A DNA stretch of 37,696 nucleotides from an uncultured Pseudomonadota bacterium (GTDB lineage: Bacteria > Oederibacteriota > Muellerivitia > Muellerivitales > Muellerivitaceae), in the NCBI GenBank assembly GCA_963843375.1, contig CAWJKT010000031.1:1-37696 (forward strand). The letters are read 5' to 3'. The notes under the pieces are model-generated. The model did not search any database. It was not told where the DNA came from and saw only the letters and a program-made list of their open reading frames with translations. Positions 9,896-19,023 of this stretch are shown here, piece after piece (positions within the stretch are counted from its first letter, which is position 1; every line of letters begins with the position of its first letter). The position numbers and the translations under genes are program-made.

Positions 9896-11815
9896 ATGGC
9901 TGAATCCCAACCGAATTATTCCTCCCCGGCTACTTCAAACCGCCTTCATTTCATTTCAAATCCCTGGTTTTATCCGATCTTGGGCTGCTTTCTGCTGGTA
10001 ATACTTTTATCCGCCCGAAAAATCGGAAATTACGACCTCGGCTTTCATTTAAAAGCTGGACAGGCCATCGTCCGAAACCACTCCTTTCCCCAAAAAGATA
10101 CCTATACCTATACCCAAACCGACCGGGATTACCTGGATCCCAACGGCTTTTATCAAATTCTCCTATTTTTCTGTGTTAAGAACTTGGGTTATTCCTCACT
10201 CACCTTACTCAATATCGGAGTCATCCTTATTGTTTTTAGCATTTTATGGATACGCCTTCAGGCAACCCGGGCTCCCGCATGGGGAAAAACTTTGATATTC
10301 TTGGCCGCCATTCTAGTAATGGAACGGCGCTTTATCGTTCGTCCCGAGATATTTTCATGGCTTTTTTTAAGCCTAACCCTCTTTATCCTTGAATCCCGAG
10401 TCAATCGAACCCGAAACCTTCTCTTTTTATTGCCGATTGTCCAATGGTTCTGGGTCAACACTGAGGGACTTTTCCTGTTGGGCTGGGCGGTCATGGTGGC
10501 TTATGGAATCAGCGGATGGTTTCATGAAAAAAGGCTGGATCGAACCTTATTGCGTTATTTTCTTTTGTCGATTGGAGCGGACTTCCTCAACCCTTATGGA
10601 GTCAAGGGTTTATTCTTTCCCTTTGTTTTATGGACCCAGCTTCAAACCTCCAGTGTCTATAAACAAGCCATTACGGAATTCTTTACTCCCTGGCATTTCC
10701 TCGCTTATCAAAACCTTCAGTACGACCAAAACCTTCATATATTCATCTTCTTCTTTTTGGCTCTTTTGTCTTTAATCCTGCTCATCTCATCTTTTCGTCA
10801 ACGGAAAATCCACGAGATGGCCCTTTTCGTGATCTTTCTTTCCCTGGCCATGATGGCGGTACGGAACATTCCCTTTTTTATCCTGATCGATGCCCCCTTC
10901 TTGGGGGTTTGCCTGGCCGATTGGAAAATCAAATCCAGGTGGGGATGGTTATACAGCCCCCAAGCCGCGATTGCTTTCACTCTCCTTATAGTTCTTTTAG
11001 GATTAAGGATTGGAACCAATGCTTATTACGTTTCGGACCGCCGGAATGACCGAATGGGCCTGGGCTTGGATAGGGATCGCCTTCCTATAAAAGCCGTTCA
11101 GTTCATGATCCAAAACCGCTTGGACGGGCGAATGCTCAATGATTTAAACTTTGGGGGTTGGCTGGATTGGCAAGCCCCTCAGCCCACCTTCATTGACGGC
11201 CGCCTGGAAGTGCCCGAAGACTCTTTTTACCAGCAATACCGCAAGAGCTTTAATGCCACCGGCCTGATCCCGCTTTTAGCCGTTTATCAACCCCAATTGA
11301 TCGTAATGGAATACATTTCTTCCGTTCCCTGGGTGGATCAGTTAAAAAGATTCCAAGACTGGCGCCTGATTTATCTGGACGAATGCACGGCCATTTACGC
11401 TCGGAAGAACTACCTCCCCCAGATCCCTGCCCTTTCCTATCCTGAATTCATCAAATCCATGGGAATTCCGCAAGAAACAGAAATCTCCATCATGGGACAA
11501 CTCCAAGGCCTTAAACTTTCTAAATTTTCATCCTGGCTTGAAGGTTTTTATCTTCCCCAGGTCTATTCAATGGGTACTTTCAACATGGGGCTTTTTGCCT
11601 TAAGAACGGGCGAATACCAGAGCGCCCGGGATATTTTCATGGAGGGCTTCCGAGAAACCAACGGCGCTTATGGGGAAGTCTATTTCAATCTGGCTGTGGC
11701 CAACCTCAGGTTGAAAAATTACGTCGTAGGCAAACAGTGCCTGCAATACAGCCTCGAATTAGAACCCCGCAATCCTCCCGCCCTTCAAATGCTCAACAGT
11801 TTGGGAAATTATTGA
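9896..11815 (+). CDS. Polytopic membrane protein, GT-C-fold-like, with C-terminal TPRs
   Basis: First TM followed by YDLGFHLKAGQAIV...P.KD, an RPE motif, about 11-12 hydrophobic segments, a soluble domain with FGGWL/FIDGR, and TPR-like helices (EVYFNLAVA...LELEPRN). Glycosyltransferase function is inferred. Confidence 0.6.
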   Translation: MAESQPNYSSPATSNRLHFISNPWFYPILGCFLLVILLSARKIGNYDLGFHLKAGQAIVRNHSFPQKDTYTYTQTDRDYLDPNGFYQILLFFCVKNLGYSSLTLLNIGVILIVFSILWIRLQATRAPAWGKTLIFLAAILVMERRFIVRPEIFSWLFLSLTLFILESRVNRTRNLLFLLPIVQWFWVNTEGLFLLGWAVMVAYGISGWFHEKRLDRTLLRYFLLSIGADFLNPYGVKGLFFPFVLWTQLQTSSVYKQAITEFFTPWHFLAYQNLQYDQNLHIFIFFFLALLSLILLISSFRQRKIHEMALFVIFLSLAMMAVRNIPFFILIDAPFLGVCLADWKIKSRWGWLYSPQAAIAFTLLIVLLGLRIGTNAYYVSDRRNDRMGLGLDRDRLPIKAVQFMIQNRLDGRMLNDLNFGGWLDWQAPQPTFIDGRLEVPEDSFYQQYRKSFNATGLIPLLAVYQPQLIVMEYISSVPWVDQLKRFQDWRLIYLDECTAIYARKNYLPQIPALSYPEFIKSMGIPQETEISIMGQLQGLKLSKFSSWLEGFYLPQVYSMGTFNMGLFALRTGEYQSARDIFMEGFRETNGAYGEVYFNLAVANLRLKNYVVGKQCLQYSLELEPRNPPALQMLNSLGNY

Positions 11816-11901
11816 AAAAAACACATTCCACCAAGGCCGTTCGCGGTCATTGCCTGGCAAAGGCGCTCCTCGCGATGGCGGCAAACTGTGTCAAAACCCC
11901 A

Positions 11902-11941
11902 TTGTGGAAACCTTCACAACCTAGTCAAATTCAGCTAAACT
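11902..11941 (+). promoter_or_regulatory. Rex/CRP-like palindrome overlapping the -35 of a putative desaturase promoter
   Basis: TTGTGGA-AACC-TTCACAA at 11902-11919; TTCACA(11913)-N17-TAAACT(11936). Confidence 0.55.
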
Positions 11942-11983
11942 CCCCCTTCAAAATGAAGCTCCAAAATCCTAAGGTAAGCACTC

Positions 11984-13057
11984 ATGACTGAAGCAAAACA
12001 AACATTCCCCATGGCGGAAGCCAAAAAAATCTGCGAAGACCTCTTCGAACCAAGCGCGGCCATCTATTGGGCCGATTTTCTCTTTAACGCCATCCTTGGC
12101 TGGGGAACCTTCGTGTTGGCGGTTTTATCCTCCAATTTTTCAGCCATCCAAATTCTCAGCCTTGCCGTTTCGGTATTCTGCCTCTATCGGGCGGTCATTT
12201 TTATCCACGAACTGACTCATCTGAAAAAAGACACTTTTGGGTTGTTCCGCATAGTTTGGAACCTGCTTTGCGGCTTCCCTTTCATGGTCCCCTCTTTCAC
12301 CTATATGGGTGTCCACATTGATCACCACAAGCAGAAGATGTATGGCACTCGGGACGATGGCGAATACCTTCCCTTTGTCCTCATGGGCCATTTCCGGATC
12401 GTTCTTTTCTTCTTAACCATGCTGGTAGTTCCCTTCGTCTTCACCCTTCGATTCCTGCTGACTCCCATTTCCTACCTGATTCCACTGCTGCGCAAGCTCC
12501 TTTGGGAATACCTTTCGTCCCTTTCGATTGACCCCGAATGGGCCAGGCCCGCGCCCCAGGAAAGGGATGGAAAATGGTGGCAATTACAGGAATGGATGAC
12601 CTTTGCCTATGCCTTGGCTTTTGGATTGTTGTTGTGGAAAGGAATACTGCCGCTGAAGGTTCTGGTTCTCTGGTATATGGTGGCGACACTGATCTTGTTG
12701 ACCAATGGCCTTCGAACCGTCGCAGCCACCCATTGCTACCGCAACCCCGCGGACCATATTTTGGAATTTTCTGAACAGTTTTTGGACTCAGTCACCGTTC
12801 CCGGCAATCCCATTACCACAGGCCTTTGGGCGCCGGTGGGGCTTCGCTACCATGCCGTTCACCATTTGTTTCCGGGCATGCCCTATCACCACCTGGGGGA
12901 AGCCCACCGTCGCTTGATGAAGGAACTACCGGAGAATTCGATCTATCGCTTGAGCCTGCGGAACAGCCTTTGGGATGGTCTTTCACATATCTGGAAGGAA
13001 ACAACCGCCTCTCAAGCCGCCAAGCATGCGATTGGAAGAACTTCAAAAGTCTCTTAA
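11984..13057 (+). CDS. Membrane fatty acid desaturase family protein
   Basis: Three His boxes (HELTH, HIDHH, HAVHH) followed by LFPGMPYHHL; several TM segments. Confidence 0.9.
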   Translation: MTEAKQTFPMAEAKKICEDLFEPSAAIYWADFLFNAILGWGTFVLAVLSSNFSAIQILSLAVSVFCLYRAVIFIHELTHLKKDTFGLFRIVWNLLCGFPFMVPSFTYMGVHIDHHKQKMYGTRDDGEYLPFVLMGHFRIVLFFLTMLVVPFVFTLRFLLTPISYLIPLLRKLLWEYLSSLSIDPEWARPAPQERDGKWWQLQEWMTFAYALAFGLLLWKGILPLKVLVLWYMVATLILLTNGLRTVAATHCYRNPADHILEFSEQFLDSVTVPGNPITTGLWAPVGLRYHAVHHLFPGMPYHHLGEAHRRLMKELPENSIYRLSLRNSLWDGLSHIWKETTASQAAKHAIGRTSKVS

Positions 13058-13104
13058 AATACTCAAACTTCCTGTTTTCAACAAAACACGGCGAAATATT
13101 TCAA

Positions 13105-14070
13105 TTACTTCTCCCAAACCAATTCCTTCCACTCGGGTGGATTAATGTCCAGCATCACCAGGCATTCCTCAAAATCCACGGGAGGAGGGGCGGTATAAAT
13201 TTTCGTGATTCCCGTTTTGGGGTGTTGGAAAGAAAGTCGGAAGGCGTGAAGCATCTGGCGGGCCGCCAGATCGGAACCGCCTCCATAAACCGAATCCCCT
13301 AAAATGGGGTGGTGGATATATTGCAAATGAACGCGGATTTGGTGCGTGCGGCCCGTTTCCAGTTTTAAATGAAGCAGGCTGGCCTTTTCCGTCTTTCCCA
13401 GAACCACGAAATGGGTCACTGCGGGCTTCCCGCCTTCGGGTAACACCGCCATTCTTTTTCGGGAAACGAAATGCCTGCCCAATGGGGCGTTGATGATCCC
13501 AGGCCCTTCAATTTCCCCCTTCACGATCCCCAAATATTCCCGGCTGAGTTTGCGATACCTCAATTGCTTCACCAGGCTTTTATAGGCCAAGTCGGACTTG
13601 GCCACCACCAAGAGTCCCGAAGTGTCCTTATCCAGCCGATGAACCAATCCCGGCCTTTGAACACCCCCGACCCCCACGATATCCGGGCAATGGGCCATAA
13701 GGGCGTTGATAAGCGTTTTATCCGGGTTCCCCGCTCCCGGATGTACCACCATCCCCACCGGTTTGTTGATGACCAGAAGATACTTGTCCTCGAAAACAAT
13801 GTTCAAGGCGATATCCTGGGCCTGAATATCCGATTTCTTGGCGGGGGGAATGTTGACTTGAAAACTTTGGCCCTCCAAGACAATCAAGGAGACCTTCAAG
13901 GCTTTCACCGGAAATTGAGGAATGACACGGCCTTCTTTGACAAGGGCTTGGGCTTGGTTTCGGGAAAATGCCTTCAATTGGGAGGACAGGAAAACATCCA
14001 GGCGCTTACCCCCTTCGCCGGGAGGAACGGTCAGAAGGGTGGTTTGGGCTGTAGGAGAAGAGGGTTTCAT
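13105..14070 (-). CDS. rluD: RluA/RluD family 23S rRNA pseudouridine synthase
   Basis: S4 domain (RLDVFLS...SRNQAQ), INKPVGMVVHP, catalytic HRLDKDTSG, TGRTHQIRVH and LHA motifs. Confidence 0.92.
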   Translation of the reverse strand: MKPSSPTAQTTLLTVPPGEGGKRLDVFLSSQLKAFSRNQAQALVKEGRVIPQFPVKALKVSLIVLEGQSFQVNIPPAKKSDIQAQDIALNIVFEDKYLLVINKPVGMVVHPGAGNPDKTLINALMAHCPDIVGVGGVQRPGLVHRLDKDTSGLLVVAKSDLAYKSLVKQLRYRKLSREYLGIVKGEIEGPGIINAPLGRHFVSRKRMAVLPEGGKPAVTHFVVLGKTEKASLLHLKLETGRTHQIRVHLQYIHHPILGDSVYGGGSDLAARQMLHAFRLSFQHPKTGITKIYTAPPPVDFEECLVMLDINPPEWKELVWEK

Positions 14071-14291
14071 GGAAGGTCATTTTACCTGACCTCTGAAACA
14101 ATTAGGAAATTGGTTTCAGTCCGTTATTCTTGCGAGTCATGAATTTGATGGCGATGCAACCTAAGTTCTTGGGAGAGGTCCTATTTAAGGATTTTTATTT
14201 AAAAAATAAAGGTACTTGTCCCGAGAGGCAATGATGTCAAGACTGTCATGGTCATCGGCAACTCAAGGATCAATCCCCTAAATGACAGCCC

Positions 14292-15083
14292 TTATATTTT
14301 TTCTTTAGGATGCCGCAGGATAATCCAGATAATCACAAGAACCGACAGAAAAATAATGATCCCGCTCACGGCCTGTGACGCCGAGTTAAAGATAATCAAA
14401 TAATGTTTGTTCCAATCCCGTCTCCAAAATTCAATGACGAGCCGTAACGTTCCATAGGTAAGACCATATAAAGAAATCGTCAGCCATTGGTAACGAATGG
14501 TCCAACGCCTCGTCCAAAGCAGGAGCAGAAAAAGCGTAAAATCCCCGGCCATTTCCCAAAGCTGGGTAGGAAGATGCGGGATATTGTCCCCCGCCCCCGG
14601 AAAAATCATCCCGTGAACCGGGTCTTCAATTCCATAACAACAACCGTTTAAAAAGCATCCCACCCGCCCGATGGCGTGGCCCAGGAGGATATAAGGCGCC
14701 ACCAAATCAAAGCAGTAACTGATCGGCCATTTTTCCGCGCGAAACCAGTAAAAAGCCACTATCAAAGCCCCAAAAAGGCCCCCATAAAACACCAAACCGC
14801 CTTGCCATATTTTGACCGCGTCATACCAGTGGCCGTTTTCAAACTCCGTGTAGTTTTCCAAAACGTAAAACAACCTCGCCCCTAAAAGCGAGAAGACAAT
14901 AACATAGACCCCCAGGTCGAAAGCCTTTTGAAAACCTTGTTCATAGCTGATCCCCACTTTGGGACCGATATATTTACCCGCGTCTCTGGCGAAAAGAAAA
15001 ATACTGAACCCCAGCGCCACCGCCATGCAAAGGCCGTAGGAATAAAAGTGAATCGGGCCTATGGACCACAAAATCGGATACAT
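14292..15083 (-). CDS. lgt: Prolipoprotein diacylglyceryl transferase
   Basis: GARLFYV, IWQGGLVFYGG, IGRVGCFLNGCCYG, PTQLWE and R..IEFWR motifs. Confidence 0.95.
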   Translation of the reverse strand: MYPILWSIGPIHFYSYGLCMAVALGFSIFLFARDAGKYIGPKVGISYEQGFQKAFDLGVYVIVFSLLGARLFYVLENYTEFENGHWYDAVKIWQGGLVFYGGLFGALIVAFYWFRAEKWPISYCFDLVAPYILLGHAIGRVGCFLNGCCYGIEDPVHGMIFPGAGDNIPHLPTQLWEMAGDFTLFLLLLWTRRWTIRYQWLTISLYGLTYGTLRLVIEFWRRDWNKHYLIIFNSASQAVSGIIIFLSVLVIIWIILRHPKEKI

Positions 15084-15572
15084 TTAAACCCTTTCCCAAG
15101 ACTGCTTTGGTTTACCAAAAAAATAACCCAACAATAATAGAGTCAAACCGACCGTGATACAGGAATCCGCCAAGTTGAAAATATAAGGAAACCACTGGTG
15201 CTGATGGAAGCGGACATCGATAAAATCCACCACCTTCCTGTAAAAGACCCTATCAATGAAGTTACCCATCGCCCCGCCCCAAATCAACCCCAGAGCGAAC
15301 CGCTGAAGCCTTTTTTCAGGAGGAACAAACCGTTGATAGGCATAAACGATCAAACCCGCCCCAAAAGTAATGGTGACAAAAAAAGGGATTCGGATATAAG
15401 CGGGAGTATTGGCCATAAAACCAAAAGCCGCGCCCGGATTTTGGATATAAGTTAAATAAAGGTAATCACGAATCACCGTAATCGAATCTCCCATCCGGCA
15501 ATAATGCATAATAAGGAGTTTCGAAATTTGATCGGATAGAACCGCGAGAATGGAAACTCTTCGAATACTCAT
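15084..15572 (-). CDS. lspA: Lipoprotein signal peptidase II, downstream copy
   Basis: DQISK, NPGAAFG, GAMGNFIDR, VVDFI and FNLAD motifs; both catalytic Asp present. Confidence 0.95.
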   Translation of the reverse strand: MSIRRVSILAVLSDQISKLLIMHYCRMGDSITVIRDYLYLTYIQNPGAAFGFMANTPAYIRIPFFVTITFGAGLIVYAYQRFVPPEKRLQRFALGLIWGGAMGNFIDRVFYRKVVDFIDVRFHQHQWFPYIFNLADSCITVGLTLLLLGYFFGKPKQSWERV

Positions 15573-16051
15573 GCCCGGGTCTTCTGTCGATGACCCACAA
15601 TGTACTCAAATAGAAGGTAGGTTAGACCCACAGTGATACAAGCGTCCGCTACGTTGAAGATATAAGGAAACCACTGGTATTCGTAGTAACGCATTTCAAT
15701 GAAATCGACGACTTTGCCATATAAAAGCCGGTCCACCAAGTTTCCCAAAGCACCTCCCCAAACCAGCCCCAGGGCGATTCGGGTCCAAATCCTCTCATGG
15801 GCCAACAACTTTTGGTACATATATACGATAAAGGTCGCCGCCAGCGTGGCTGTGATGAAAAAGGGAATGCGCACGAAGGGCTCCAAATTAGACATGAAGC
15901 CAAAGGCCGTCCCGGGATTTTGGATATAGGTGAAATAAACGAAATCGGGCAAAAGGGGAATGGACTCATTTAAGGACATTTTGCTCAAAATCAGGAATTT
16001 GGTGGCCTGATCCAGGGCCACCACCAACATGGAAATTCCAGCCAGCGGCAT
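15569..16051 (-). CDS. lspA: Lipoprotein signal peptidase II, upstream copy
   Basis: DQATK, NPGTAFG, GALGNLVDR, VVDFI and FNVAD motifs. ATG 16051 overlaps the repaired ileS stop. Confidence 0.95.
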   Translation of the reverse strand: MPLAGISMLVVALDQATKFLILSKMSLNESIPLLPDFVYFTYIQNPGTAFGFMSNLEPFVRIPFFITATLAATFIVYMYQKLLAHERIWTRIALGLVWGGALGNLVDRLLYGKVVDFIEMRYYEYQWFPYIFNVADACITVGLTYLLFEYIVGHRQKTRA

Positions 16052-18913
16052 CAATCTTTGCCGTCCCCGACAGGCTGGAAATTTTGGACGATTGGCCCGC
16101 ATCGGTGGCAGATGTCGGGATAGGTTTTATCCATTTGCTCAGGGGGATAATAGTTCCAGCATCGGGCGCATTTTTGACCCGAGGATTTGCGGGCGATTGT
16201 TTTTAGCTTAAGATTGGCGTCTTCCGCCTGCCAAAGCCTCGGGTGACCCCTCCCCATCCTTTAATTCGACCTTGGAAACCAAAAAGAAGTAGCGAAGATC
16301 ATGATGATGCTTTTGAAGGATTTTTTTTACTTTTTCATTGCCCACAAAAAGCTCCACTTCGCCTTCCAGCGAACTTCCGATAGTCTTGGCTTGCCTTAAA
16401 CCTTCGAGAGATTTCAGGACCGCCCGCTTGACGGAAAAGATAGTTTCCCATTCCTGCGCAAGGGCATCCATGGATTCAAAATCCTGTCCCTGGGCCTTAT
16501 TGGTTATTTCTTTCAAAAGAGGCCAATGGGCTTCGAACACGCTCTTTCCTTCTTTGACCTTGAAGGCCTCCGGTAAAGATTGCCATATCTCTTCGGCGGT
16601 AAAAGAAAGGATGGGCGCCACCGCGACCACAAAACCTTTCAGGATATCGTAAAGGACTGTCTGGGCTGCACGGCGTTCCTTTGAATCGGTCGCAAAGGTG
16701 TAAAGCCGGTCCTTCAAAATGTCGAAATAACCGGCGCTAAGCCCGACGGAAAAGAACTTGTCAATATCGTGGAAGACCCTAGTGAATTGATAATTCTCGT
16801 AGGCCTGGTTGATGGTGAATAGAGTCTCCTGGGCTTCCCTAATCGCCCAGAAGTCCAGGGGGGTGAAGTCCTTTTCGCCCACGCGATTCACCGCCGGGTC
16901 AAAATCCGAAAGATTGCCTAAGATGAAACGAAAGGTGTTTCGAATTCGGCGATAAGCTTCCGACATGCGTTGGAGCATTTCCTCGCTGATGACCACGTCT
17001 TCCGTATAATTCTCGGAAGAGACCCAAAGCCGCAGGATGTCAGCGCCATACTTTTTCATCATTTCCAAGGGGTCGATAACGTTGCCCGCGCTCTTGTGCA
17101 TGGCCTTCCCCTGGGCGTCCAATACCCATCCATGCGTCAAGACCACGGTAAATGGAGCGTGATTCTTCAAGGCCACTCCGGTCCAAAGTGCGTGCTGGAA
17201 CCAGCCGCGGTGCTGATCGCCGCCTTCAAGGTAAAGAACAGTTTCGGCTTTCTGCAACTCGGGCCTCTGGTCCATCACGGCGAAATGGGAGCTGCCGGAC
17301 TCGAACCAAACGTCCAGAATATCCTCTTCCTTCACGAACTCGGCGGAGCCACAGGCGCATTTGAAACCTTGCGGCAGAACATCCTGAGCTTGATGCTGGA
17401 ACCAGCCGTCGATTCCCTCTTTTTGAACCAGAGACACGATCGATTCCAGGACCTTTTTATCCTCAACAGGCTTCCCGCAAAGTTTGCAATAAACCACGGT
17501 AATGGGAACCCCCCATGCCCTTTGACGGGAAATACACCAATCGGAACGCCCTTCAACCATGTTTCGAATGCGATCCTTTCCCCAGGCGGGTATCCATTGG
17601 ACCTTTTCGATCTCAGCCAGACATCTCTTTCGTAAATCCTTGTGGTCCAATTCAATGAACCACTGGGCGGTAGCCCGGAAAATGATGGGATTCTTCGAGC
17701 GCCAGCAATGGGGATAACTGTGCTGGATGGTTTGCAATGAGAGAAGCTTCCCTAAATACTTTAGTTTTTCAACGATCTTCGGGTTGGCTTCCCAAACGGA
17801 CATTCCCTCATATTCCTTCACCCGGGCGTCATAACGCCCAGCCTCATTGACGGGTGAATAAACCGGAAGATTGTATTTAAGGCCGATCTCATAATCTTCC
17901 CGGCCATGGCCGGGCGCCGTATGGACCAAGCCCGTTCCCGTATCAGCCGTCACATGGGTTCCCACCATGACCAGGGAATCCTGATCCAGGAATGGATGCC
18001 GTCCAATGGCCCTGTCCAACCGCTCGCCCCTGACTTCATCGATAATTTTGAAGTCCGTGGACTTCCATCCGCAGACACCCGCCACCTGGGGCAAGAGGAC
18101 CTTGGCCAAAACGTAATAGGCTTCGCCTACCTGTACCGTGACATATTCAAAATCCGGGTGGACTGAAATCCCCAGGTTGGCTGGCAAGGTCCAGGGTGTG
18201 GTGGTCCAAATCAAAAATGACAGATTTTTTAAGGGGGTATTGGGAAAAACGCCTTTCGGAAGCTGTTTCACGGGAAAAGCCACCGTCACGGAAAGGGATT
18301 CGTGATCGGCGTATTCCACTTCGGCCTCAGCCAGGGCGGTTTTACAGACCGGGCACCAATGAATGGGGCGAAGCCGCCGGCTGACGTAACCATCCGAAAG
18401 CAGCTGGGTCAGCGCCTTCACTAGTGAAAATTCATAGGTGGGGTCCATCGTCATATAGGGATGGTTGAAATCACCGAAAATGCCCAGACGCTTGAACTCG
18501 TCCCTTTGGCGGTTAAGGAATTTCTCCGCGTATTTGCGGCACTCCTTGCGGATTTCAACCTTGGACATGGTCTTGGCCTTAGACCCCAATTGCTCCACCA
18601 CCTTATGTTCAATGGGCATACCATGGCAGTCCCAACCCGGCACATAAGGGGTATCGTGGCCCCGCAAAGCCTGGTACTTCACGATAATGTCTTTTAATAC
18701 TTTATTCAGGGCGTGACCCATATGTATGTCGCCGTTGGCGAAAGGTGGGCCGTCATGCAGGACATATTTGGGGGCCCTAGGTTTCTCGAAGGTCCGGTTG
18801 TAAAAGCCCAAATGGTCCCAGAGTTTTAACCTCTCCGGTTCGGTTTGGGGCAGGTTGGCCTTCATGGGAAAGGAAGTCTGGGTAATGTTGAGGGTTGACT
18901 TGTAATCCGCCAT
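16051..18913 (-). CDS. ileS: Isoleucine--tRNA ligase, type 1; one apparent frameshift near 16234
   Basis: HDGPPFANGDIHMGH, WTTTPWT, GTGLVH, DWCISRQRAWG and AMHKS motifs. Removing one T from a TTT run restores the C-terminal CARC...CHRC zinc finger. Confidence 0.97.
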
Positions 18914-19023
18914 TTTTCGTCCAAATTCCTGGGATTTAAGACCGAAAGCTTATCAAATGCCCTTGGAAATGTTTAGTGTATTTTTGGCTGGTTTGGGAAG
19001 GAACCGGGGATTACAAATCACTT

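Noticed and set aside
11835..11885. GC-rich imperfect hairpin resembling a degenerate REP element or c-di-GMP riboswitch
   Set aside because: No clear second copy in the window and the GEMM consensus elements are absent.
16208..16257. Programmed frameshift or truncated IleRS
   Set aside because: One extra base in a short homopolymer, no slippery heptamer, and the same pattern recurs in unrelated genes.
18914..19023. T-box riboswitch upstream of ileS
   Set aside because: Only 110 nt, with no UGGNACC T-box motif or terminator.
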